Source of the DNA: Marsupella aquatica
Lineage: Eukaryota > Plantae > Marchantiophyta
Direction of reading: 5' to 3'
Length of the DNA: 64,000 nt
Assembly: GCA_973895155.1 (NCBI GenBank)
Contig: OZ316892.1
Coordinates: 15,740,861 to 15,804,860 of the forward strand
Shown here: piece after piece, positions 38,155 to 49,740 of the stretch
Numbering within the stretch: position 1 is the first letter of the stretch
Layout: each line of letters begins with the position of its first letter
Notes under the pieces: model-generated
What the model was told of the DNA's origin: nothing
The model's input: only the letters and a program-made list of their open reading frames with translations
Databases searched by the model: none
Position numbers and translations under genes: made by a program

Positions 38155-41100
38155 AACCTATAGTTACCGTTGAATATGACCATTGAAAGGAAAACCTGAG
38201 AATAGATCGAATTCATTTTTACTCACCAAATAGTAGCGCCCGACGCTAGTAATTTCCAAGGCCTAAAGTCTTCAATTTTTAAGTCAGTTGGGTATTCAAA
38301 ATAGAGCCATAAGAGGCATTAATACGCCATTACTTTCCCCAAAACCCTGTTTTCTCATATTTATGATACAAAAGAAAACTAGCGCCCGACGCTAGCAAAA
38401 AAAAAGCCTTTTCAGCCTTTTGAAGGCTCCCACTTCAAAGTTTACCATTGTATACATTGATAGTATGAATGAAATCAATATTAGCGCTTGGCGCTAATCA
38501 TCCAGTGTCTCCTTTAGGAATTTGTTTTATGTCATTTGCTTTTATTAGCGCCTGGCAGTACACACAAATTGCCGTTAGATGGACCCTAAACTTTTGGATT
38601 GTTATTAATAGCGCCAGGCGCTACACATAAATTGACTCTGCATGGGCCTCTACTTTTGGATTGTTTTTAATAGCGCCTAGCGCTATTCATCATCTGATGT
38701 TTCTAGAACAAAAGGGTTCTTCCTAAATGACATTTATTGTAAATGACGTTGATCATAAATGACGTTGATATAACGAAAAAATACATTTATTGTGTCAGAG
38801 GATTGTCTTATTATAACGGCTTTATGGAACTATTAGTCAGGATCGATAACAGTCCTTGCCCGCGGAATTTTGATTCATAATTTTCTTGCGCTCATTTGCT
38901 TCCAAGGCTTTTGTGATGTCTCAGTCAATCGTAGTTACCCGTATGTCCACCGGTGACATTGTTTCCATTCCAATGTCTATGGCCGAAAGGTACAGGCAAA
39001 TAAGTGAGGTTTATCTTTGTGGAAGGTTTGATTTGCGCATGAATGACATAGAGGCAATCGTTCAAGAGGGAACGGAAGCCAATGACTTCAAATCTGTTGC
39101 ACTTTTTGATGTCGATGATGGGGTGAGATTCTGGCACCTTAATGCTGGGTTGCGCTACTCCATTGTCATTCAAGAACCAAATCAAGGAGATCGACAATCC
39201 CCTCAGAGGGATCCGGTGGATGTAGTTACTCTTTCCGATAGTGATGATGAGGAGCCACCAAGGATCCCCCTTGTGGAGCCTTCGGCACCTGACGTGGTCT
39301 TGGTCAAAGAGGAGATGCCATCGTCGCAATCCCATATTGTATACCGGAGAAGTGCAATGGACGTGCTGCTCAAGTCAACTGGGTCCAGCAAACTTTTGAG
39401 GTTCATTTTGGCTGGAAACTTTCCGGCATGAACAAGTACCTTGTTTGCCTCCGAAGTACAATGGAAACGTAGTGTTTGAGTTGCCTCCATCGTCGGGAAT
39501 TCTTTCAAAAGGATCCCGTCTACGGGACATGGACTAAACCAAGGATTGCTATATCTGGACTAGAATATTTCCTACCACTACAAACGTGCAGCCCAAGAAA
39601 TACTGGGAATTTGGTAAAGTTACTTGTACTGGATTTATTGAGTGCAGGAATAAAACTTGTGACTACTTCCGCCGAAAGAAGAGGAGGAATGCAAAGGCAT
39701 GGGCTGGTACCCCAAAACTTGGAGGCTCTCACCGTGTTGGATCGTTCATTGAGCAGGGTGGAGTTGTTTGTCATTATTGCCAGGAGCTCCCTTTTTGTGT
39801 AGAGGCATGCTCTACGAGACTATTTTATATGTATCCTCAAGTTCTGCTTGACTCAGATACCTGTAGTCACATGTCTCGCCTTGCGATTCATATGGGGGTA
39901 CAACCATCCTTGTCGTAAGGTATTTTCTTGGAGTGCGGAAAAGGTAGTTGAAGATGTCATAAAAAAGAAATTGGAAGGCAATCTGACTTGGACGCCTGCC
40001 GGGATTAAAAATGTAGCGACAGGATCTTTTGTACAGTCTTTGTGTGAGAGCCTGGGTGAGATTGAAGATATCGAAGAGACAGAGATTTTCCAGTCTCTAA
40101 TGGTAGTTTCTACTCCACAGGAGTTTGCATCTCTTTTCAGGAGTGTTAGGCAGGACCAGAAAGGCCGTGGAGAGTTGGATTTTCTTGTTCGATATCAAAA
40201 GAATATCAACATGCCTTTTCTACAGAGGTACATGATCCTTCCAGGTCAAGGATCTCAAGAAGACAGACCTCATATATTTAAGATGACTTCCAAAGGCCAT
40301 GGGTTTGGGGTGGATCTTTTGCGGCAAATGCAACCTGGAGGGATGCTTGAAGGTGCCTCGGTAAGCTTTGATGTCCTGAAACGAATGACCAAGGATTGGG
40401 TGACTTTCAGCGCACGCGTTTACGATCACAATTACCGCGCATTGTGTACAATATTTACTTGCAAGCTAAAAACTGAGGACACGACGTCGTTCGAGAAGGC
40501 TTGGAGATTAATGATTGAGGTTTCCAAAGAGAATGGGTTAGATAATCCAACCATTCGTGGCTTCATGGCAGACAATGCCCAAGCCGAATGGTTAGCAGTC
40601 CGAAATGTTTTTTTGGGAGGGCAGCCAAACCCTGAACGGGAGAGGACGGACGCTTTTCATTTTTACCAAGCTTTTCATCGCCATTCTGTTGAAGGAGTGT
40701 TGGAAGAGAAGCAGGTGGAACACTGAATGCTATGGGATAAATTACGGAACGCACCAACATTTGTAGAGGCTTACCGACTTTCAAGAGAGATTGACCTATG
40801 GTGGCAGTCGGGTAACTGCTTACCTGGAAAGCTCCGAATGCTTCAGAGTTGGTATCGTGGTGGGTCGTGCGTTGGAGGCAGTGGGGAAATTTTATTTGCT
40901 TGGTGAGTAATAGCGGCACTAGTAATATGCAAGTCAGATTCCTTTGTAGAAGTACATTTTTCACATGACATTCCTCAACATTCCATCCAAAGAATCCAAA
41001 TAATGTAATTGATTCTAAAATATTGACTTGTTTATTTCCATAAACATGTGATTACACAATAATATTGATGGTTTTGTCAAAATGTTCTGCCTAGCGCCTG

Positions 41101-43354
41101 GCGCTAGTATGTTTTGTGGATTCTTACTAGTGTTTATGCTTTGTCATTCCAAGACAAAAGTGCTGAAGAAGGCGCTAGGATTCCTAATTGTACCAGATCA
41201 GAGTCTGTTCACGCAGGAATGAAAGCATGGGTAATGAAAAAAAAAGTTGGGCTCTTCGAGGCATGTGAAATGGATCAGAATCGAGCTATATTGCAGGTTG
41301 CAACATATACCGCATATCGGAAAGGATTGAGTAGAGAAAGAGGTCCTACAATATGGAAACTGGCTTTCCGTTCAGCTGACCAGGCAGGTTCCCCAAAGTT
41401 GTTCGAGGATGCGATGAACATGCTCCTCTCCAATGCAGCTGAGTTTGACTTGGAGAGAAGCGTTCCTCTCAACGGAGATGTTCTAACAAAGTTTGTCAAG
41501 AGGAAAGGACCTGCAACTGGGATTGTCTCGCCACAAGACTCCCACCGGCATGATAAAGTCCTTATCACATCGCCAAATACCAGATCACTCAAGCGTAAAA
41601 ATCTGCACCACACAATGTTTGCTTCCGTATCGGAAGAAAACCCTGATGACATTTCCGTTGTCAATCTCTTAGGAAGTGATGATTCGAGGGATGCAGAACG
41701 TGATGATTTCAGTACACCGCAGGGTCGACATCAATCACGTTCAACACAATACCCACAAAGTGCTCCCACTGTACTTTAGCAGACATCGCTCCAATCTCCA
41801 GTTCTTGAAACAAAAGTCATGCAGGGTTCATGGCATCTGCGTCGGACATCAAGATTTGGGGCCGGTCCACAGTGCAACGGGTCATTTGGCGGTAGTTTCG
41901 AGAGAGATGAGTGAAAAAAATAGAGTGAAGAAAGTTGGGTTCCCCTCATCAAACGGTGTCATCGGCATTGTTGTCAAAGGACAACGCATGTTCAGGGGGG
42001 AACCCATAGCCAAAATGATATGGTTCTGCCCAAACAACACATGTTATCGGAGCCATCCCCGCCGTGGTGTAGTGAACGTGCCCTCCTTTCCTGATGTTCT
42101 TCCTGTTATAAAAGGAACAAATGTTTCGGAAGCTGAGATGAAGTATCTTGTTGTCCAGGGAATACCTATAGCCCAAGGAAGAGACGGTACGTCCTCTACC
42201 TCCACCATCACTTTTTGAGCTTTGAATCAACGTAAACTTATTTCCAGAGAGAGTCAATCTTCTGGAACCCACTGCTTGTCTCCGAAGTCGGAATGGAAAG
42301 AACATGGTTCCTCGATCGACCTTGACCCATGGTCACATGAAGAGGATTGAATCTGCAAGAAAAGAGACCATGTCCGTCCAGGGACAGTGGGATGTTTCTA
42401 TTGGGAACTCATGGGGGAAGCAATTCAAAGTACAAACACATGGGAATCTAAGGATGCCAAATAGTTACTTCGTGCAGATTTGTATTTTCCCGACTTGTTC
42501 TTGTGAGGATTTCTATCGTCGACATTCTCGCAGACATCCATATATATATGCCTTGCAAACATTTGTACTGGGTTTTCCAGACCGTTTTCAAACTAGACGT
42601 TGAGGAATCTACTTTGACCAGCCAACCAATTCTCACAGTTGGAGAAGTTCGACTGATCTTGGAGAGGGAGAATGCTCATGGTTTATAGAGAAGGATATAT
42701 TTGTCCTATACTTGAAACGGTTATATTCGTTTTTGTCGTATTACAACGGTATAGTTTTATGTTAGCGCTGGGATGGAAGTCTTCCTTATTATCATTTACT
42801 TCATTGTAATCCTATCACTACAAATGATATTTTAAATTTTTGTTTCCCACATTCTGCATTCATCCAATGTCATTTTCTAAATGTGTTGGTTGTTTCCATT
42901 TTAGCTAGCGCCAGGCGCTAGCCCATCGTTGGTGGTCTTTCAAATTGTCCGGAGTTTTCATTTGTGGTTTTCTGCCTTATTGTTGGCCTATAATATTATG
43001 TTACTTATGGTGGGACCTACCATGTCAATGTTTTTTCCCATGATATTCACTGGTAAATGTTTGTGTGTCTGTGGTTTTTGGGACACTATTTTCCAGAAGT
43101 ATGTTGGTGACTCCGGACTCACTTATCATCAGACAACAGTTGTTGCCGTGTTAGTTGGTTCTAAGCTCTAGAATGTAAATGAAGCGCAATGCATATTGCT
43201 TTTTTTCAGATGTATCTGGCTTGAAGTAATGAAGTATTATCCTGTTCCAATGACTAACTTTTCCTGGTAACAGCAACATATTCCTGATAACAGCAAAAAA
43301 AATTATGCTACCAAAATTCCTGTTTTCCTATTTCCTGTCTCGGTGGCTATACCC
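38155..43354 (+). mobile_element. Partial MULE copy B (transposase side)
   Basis: Palindromes at 38234, 38380, 38482, 38546, 38609, 38671, 41092 and 42906. Terminus ...cggtggctataccc at 43354 matches the GGGTATAACCACCG end of copy A. Confidence 0.82.
38916..42688 (+). pseudogene. MULE transposase copy B (GCM-like, DDE, SWIM), frameshifted; intron ~40903-41153
   Basis: Colinear with copy A: SFDVL, FMADNAQAEWLAVRNVF, DAFHF, NCTRSESVH, CSCEDF..PCKHLYWV. Confidence 0.85.
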
Positions 43355-43445
43355 GCGAGTTCTCAGGATAATATCTTTCTGAAATTCATTTTTTACCATA
43401 TCACTTTTAGCTAGCAATCTCGCTAACATGGGAATGTTGTGGCAG

Positions 43446-46267
43446 GTTAACTCAATGTCATGTAGAGAACTCCTAGGTTTTGGAGGCTGAACGTGTCCAG
43501 AAGATTTTGAACAATGACTTATCCGTTTACAAGGATATCATCGACGTTGAGAATTACAAACTTTTCCAGCATAAGATGGAAAACATGCAGAAGACGGCAT
43601 GGTATTCAAAGAACATGACGCTAGATGCCTGCACTTATATTCTATCCACTGCTAACATTGCATTGCAGACCAAGGACCTGAAGAAGAAATTTGCTCTTAA
43701 GGAAGCTCAAGGCGAGCCCCTCTCTCAGGCCTCACAGGACTTAGCAATGCGTGAGATGATGAAAGAACAACTTGCTGATTGGAATGTGAAAGTTCCAAAG
43801 ATCGGTCCATTACTAAATCCAAAGTTTGGAGACTTTTTCAAGAAATGTGTCAAAATGCATAACTACTACGAGAATGAGAGAAAGGAGGCCTAGAGAACAA
43901 ATGACAAAGGAAGGGGAAATGTTTCTTGTGGTCTTGATCGAGCTCGATTGTTCACTGGTGTGACCTCCTTATCCCCAGAGCTCCGATGTACACTCCTAGA
44001 GGCACAGTGTTGTCCTGAGCTTTGGAAGAAATTCTTTCATCCAGGTCAATTCTCAGATAGTGAGACTAACCTTTGGCTTCATCGTTGGGCAGTGTGGGAG
44101 CAAGTCAAGTCAATTGCGTCTTCCCTCATGTCTGAAATTTTTTGTGAGGTAATGCCTACTATCCCTGAGTTGAGGATCCTTATGTCTTCAAAGAAGACGA
44201 AAGCTTTGCTAATCCTTGACATTGAGGAGGATTTTGAGGATTTTCAAACTTGAGTGAAGACTCATTTCTTCAAGCAGATTTGGCCCCCAAGATAGGAGAG
44301 AAGGTCAACATTGCATTGTTTTGGAGGAGAGCAAAGAGATACACATATCAATTTTTTGTAGACAGAGAAGTAGCAGACAAATTCTACTGGTGGTCCTACC
44401 TAGCTTGCTTCTCCCCATGGATAGCAAGAGTTAAAGAGGACCCTACAAGTGATAAGTTTGGGGAATATTGTATGTTTCCTTGCAAGGGTAATGAAGCTCC
44501 GAGGAGATTGAGCGAGTGGGAGGTTCTTCATTGTCCATGGTATTTGGACTCGGACAAATGGTCTATGACCTTTGACATTGCAGAGAAAGCAGCTCTTCAC
44601 ATGATCAATTGTGGATTCCTTCCGGAATCTTACATCTCGGAGTCCAAATTGGCACCCACTGACGCTGAAGTTGGTGGTTGCAAGGCGATGGAAAAGGCTT
44701 GTCTTGGTGTAGCTGCCATAGTGGATAGGAGTCGAGCTTGAAAGCCAAGAAAAGGAGCATTGAAGGACACATCTAAAGATGGGTCCCAGTTATCCGGGAA
44801 GCCAAGTAAGTCTGTCAATTTTCTGTTACTTTTTATTTTCAAGTCCGGATGTGTGTCGAATATACATACACTAATGGCTTTTGTTTCACAGAGAGGAGGA
44901 AGGGAGCGGCTTCTGAGAGTTTGAAGAGTGGAGTAGATGATGGTGAGGAACCTTAGTCCCCAAATGTCAAAGTTACAACAAAGAGCGCAGTGGATTTAGG
45001 AAGTATAAAGCGTTTGAAACGGAAGCGGAATATCTAGATTCTTTCAGATTCGGACGCGCGATGAAGAAGTTTCAGTTGCTCAAGGTGTTGCTCGAATGTG
45101 TGGTTTGAAGATGGATGGGTAGAGACATTTCCTTGCTTGCAGCAATTTGACCGATACTGCAAACTCAATCAACGTAAATAAAGTGAGGCCATCTTGGATG
45201 GGAGATGGAGATCGATGGATTACTGCAATGTCGAAGAGCGTGGAGTGCCCAAACCTTGTCGTAATTAATGGAAAGCCTTATGCTGGAATTGGAGCACATT
45301 TGGGATTCATTTATCTTCCAATTGGGCATAGAACACACGTTATAGACAAACATGTCCCTTCTTGGAATGTTTGGAGCAGGAAACTGCCATATTATTTTTT
45401 TGGAGTGATGAGACCAATGCTTTCAGACGACGGATATGTTGCTATGTTGCACAACTCGGATTTCAATCACATGAGGCAATATTTACGGCAGTCAAGCAAA
45501 AAAACAAATTCAAACATGTTCAGCAATATACCATTTTGTTGTCTACCCCTTTATGGAGGGCAAATATGGATATCGAGGTAATTATCCCTTCAATTTTTGG
45601 ATATGTTTTAAGCTAGCGATGTTGCTAAGAAAATGTTAATTTTCCACTTCTTAACATGATCGGTTTACCTGAAAAATTTCCATTTTTTTGACTCAGTTAA
45701 TGCTAGCGAGCTTGCTAACAAAGTTTTCAACATTTCGAAAGGATTATGGTTCTTTGTTCAGGTGTGCACTCTCATACTGGATGTTTTTTGTCGAGTGGAA
45801 TTTAATGCTAAGATTCCTAAAGACCCCGCGTATGTTCCTTTGACGTCTTCGGAAGATGCCAGACTGACATAAGTCAATGTTGAGTGTTTGTTACCCTAAG
45901 ACTGACCCGTGTCCAGCAGCGGGTGTTGCTGGATCAAAAAGGCTTTCAATTGGGTTCATGCAAGCCGTGATGGAATTCCTCACGAAGCCCAAAAACATAG
46001 TCCTGGACTGTGTGTGACGGGAGCTCGTTTTCTGTCGGAGAATACTCCGGGAGGTTTGTTGTGGGTGTTGAGGACAGGGACATTCTCCATTCATGTGCTC
46101 AAAACGGTTTAAACAGTGTTCTTGAGAGGCACTTGAGCAAGGCAAAGATGATAAAGGATCAGGCAGCCAAGGGTAATCAAGATGTTGGGTCGGATGATGA
46201 GTTCACGATTCCAAGAGATGAACAGACTGGGCCTTCAAGCGAGAAAGACGAATTTGACCTGGAGTAA
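43446..46267 (+). pseudogene. Diverged ParB-MTase homolog, copy D (exon 1 with the ParB motif is absent)
   Basis: Shares PLLNP.FGD, DRARLFT, FFHP, LSEWE.LHCPWYLD.D, GFIYLPIG and GFMQAVMEFLT...IVLD...GRFVVGVE with A and C; intron positions are conserved. Confidence 0.8.
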
Positions 46268-47750
46268 AGTACTTGGCCTCTTCTGGTGTCAGACTCCCTA
46301 TTTGGTTTCTTTTATTTTCTTCATTTTGTTGCTCTTCGTCATCTGATGCCGGTGGTTGCGTCAGTGATAGGGGTACCCCCTATCCTCGCAGCTGACCTCG
46401 CCAAGATTGATGTACGGACAAAAAAACAGAAAAAAAAAATTAAAAATTGTTTTTTTGAAAATTTCCATAAAAAATTAAAATTAATAAAAAATTCCAACAA
46501 AATTTCATGTCCGTACACCTGGCCATCTCGGCGAGTCTGTGGTGTCCGTACGATACGGATACATATAGTAAAAAAAATTCAATTTTTTTTTTCTCCATCA
46601 AATTTTGGAAAAAAAAATTGAACCTTTTTTTTGCATTTTTTTTGGCACCGCAACTTGGCGAGCTCTCTGAGATGACATGGCAATTGATATCAGGTTGACT
46701 GATGGAAAACACTGATAACTGATGATGTAGCTTTACTCCAGTGATAGGAGGGTGGATTGGTTTTCTGAGGAGAGATTTTGTCTTTGGAAGGAAGTCTAGG
46801 AATCCATTGTGGTTACTCCTGAGAAGCCTTTTAATCTTTCGTGCTATGCTGAGACATCGGCAAGGCAGGTTGATGAAGCTCCTGTGGTCTTGACTTGGGA
46901 GGCAAAAGGACTTTGACCAATGAGAGGTGCTCAAAGATATCTGGATTGTTCAAGGTTTATCAACAATGAGGTGGGGATAGTCCGTCAGTATTTAGATGAG
47001 TCTGCCAAGTCCACGGAGAGGGAGACCAATAGCAATCCTAGTAGTAGTGACATATCTGATGAATCAGAGGATGAAGTTTATGACTGAACAAGTAGGAATT
47101 TGTAGGATTGGATGTACTGGTCGAAGTCGATTCTTACAGTTTTGCTGTGTTGAAGTTTTTGGCGATCCACACTTTCAATGTAAAGAGGTTCCATATTATG
47201 ATGGAAGTGTCTACTTTTGGTGATCATTTTTCAAAAAACAATGTGTGTGCCTCAAGTATGGAATACATATGACAATCATGCATGGTTTTTCTTGTGATTT
47301 TCTTTTGATTATTGTAAGAGGTGGAAAACTGAGATTTTTTGGCATTGTTTTCATGGAATGTATTAGGACTTTGAAGGCCGAAAATGCCTCGCTAACAATA
47401 CTGCCTTGCTAGCAAAATCTCCTGTTTCCTCGCACCATACAATTCCTCCACTGTTTGGTGTATCAACAATGGGCGGGACAGTAGGAGAGATGTCTGTAAT
47501 AGCTAGAGCAAGCTCAGCTAGACTCAATGGTAACAGATTAGGTAATGTAATATAAGCTCTAGGACCATAAAAGTTAAAGGAGCTGCAAAAATACATAAAT
47601 AAAATTGCAATGCAAAGAAATGAGCAATCAAAAGAAATTGCTCAAAAGAGGATTAATCTATCCTCTAATAAACTAACGACCTAAAGAGTCCTCAATTATG
47701 TTCCAAACCTTCTCTCCATTCTCTATCAATTGGCTAAGATAAATCTACCA

Positions 47751-49306
47751 TGTTGTTGAGGGGGCACACTAAACAATGCATACAAATCTTCCACCATGAT
47801 TTGAGATCCCAATCAGTGGTAGCCACCCAGCGCCCTCACCAATCCCGGCACTTGCTCCTAAGTGCCCTTGGTGCCCGAACGCCTCCACGGAATACCTCGA
47901 GCAAGCATCCAAGTGCCTCTAGCACCACCTGCGGCCACTCCCATACGAAGCCACACCTGCTCACCTGCACGACCGCTACTCAACGGTCCTCATTGTCTGC
48001 ACAAACAACCAAGCACCTCGGTAAGTAACCCCTCCGGATCTAGAACTTGCCCAGTCTAGCATCCTAACTCAAGATCAACAAACGTTGGTAAATAGGTCAG
48101 CGATAGGTCCTCCCAATGCCATAAGCCGGAACCAGAACCCACGCCCATTGTCCATCCAGAATAGCTCCTTCCTTGGGCGCGGCCCGGGTTCCCCCTCATA
48201 CCTATCCATCACCAACTGACCACCCTGACCTCAGGACATGCTCATGGCCCAAATAGCGTAGCTTGTCCTAAAGCTTGTCCCAAGCTTGTCCCAACACGCC
48301 GGGACCAGAACGGCCCCGACCCTAGCAACCGCTTTTGGTTCACCCCACTGATGGTCTAGGGACCGAGCACCCTTGGGACTCAGCCTCCATACCTACTTGG
48401 CCTTGCCTCCCCAACGCAAGCTCCCTTGGGAGGCTGAACGCGGCTTGGCTGCTGTTCGGCAGGATTTGGCAAGCGGGCAAGCTAACACCCGCAAACCACA
48501 AGAACCCACGGAACCCCTGGACCCATCTGAACTCAAGAGGGCGTAGCCTTCCTCAAGAGCTTTCCAACGAACCCAAGAAGTCCTCCAACGGACTTCCCGT
48601 TGGGAAAATATCGCCATTTCCGTTTGGCGGTTTCCTTTAGTGTTGCGACCGCCGCGGCTCACGACTTCGGCTCGCCCTTAGCTCCCAGGGAGACACCACT
48701 CCCCTCATATATGCTTCTGGAGACCTGCCACCCCCGGACCAGCTTTGGTCCTTAAACATTTGGCCCCCAACCCGGATCCCATCGCGCATAATGGACGCGC
48801 CACCAACTGGCAACGCCCATAACTTTCTTGATAGGCATCCACAAGCGGAGTGCCTTAGCCCGTTGTGACCGGGACGACCCAGTGCTCATGCCTAGGCCCT
48901 CAGGTCTGATCGCCGCTCGGGGCCCCCGATCGGCCCAACCCGGATCGGGCCACAACTTTCGCCCCAAGCGTCCGTTGCCAATGGCATCAACTCCATTGGC
49001 CTTGGGCCCAAGAGGAGCTCACTCCCAAGCCCTCAGAACTCAAAGTCCATCCGATGGTCCGGATGGCCATCCTTGAGCCCGGCCCATTTCCCCTTGACCC
49101 GACCAGCCATAGGCTAGTCCAAGTCCTTAGTTTGTATCCCCAGCTTGGCCCCTTGCCTCGCCAGTGCCACGTCTCATTGCCCACAAGTCTCCCCATGCTA
49201 AGTCCTCCCCAGATGGCCTATCCGGGCCTGGACCATAAGGGAGCTCGGCGTCGGAGTCAGCGACACCAGAGCTAAGTGTTAAGGTAGCCGAGTTCCGCGA
49301 CTTGCA
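47751..49306 (-). mobile_element. Putative 3-prime LTR of the chromovirus
   Basis: Minus-strand polypurine tract AAGGGGGGG abuts TG at 49306. The distal TG/CA end near 47751 is approximate. Confidence 0.55.
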
Positions 49307-49740
49307 CCCCCCCTTAAAAATGGTCACATCCGCGTGACTTGAGTAAACGTTCCAACACGCCTAGACCACTTTGGGCCTTAAAAATTTTATGAGGTAACAA
49401 ATGGTTTGCCCATAAGGCTGATGCAAACCAGGCTGGTATGCGCATTCCAAACGTAGGAAATTCCAACCTATCCCACTTATCCAAGTAGGATGCCAGTCCA
49501 AACGGGTTAGCTAACTCCAAACTTGTTGGACCCATTGTCCTCCCCTTGGGGCGCTCCCCTTTGGTTCAAACTAGCCCGCCCACAGGTGTAGGGCGGGCAC
49601 CATCAACTTCCACTCGCAAAAAGCAAATCGGCCACCCAACAACCTCTAGCACCAACGCAATCCGCCTTTATCCTTAAGAGGCCGAGAGGAGTGAAACTAG
49701 GATACAACTCACAAAGGTAGCTACAGCTGCCTGTACCAGT

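Noticed and set aside
15320-43363. Shared TSD for copies C and B
   Set aside because: The flanks ctttccatg and gcgagttct do not match.
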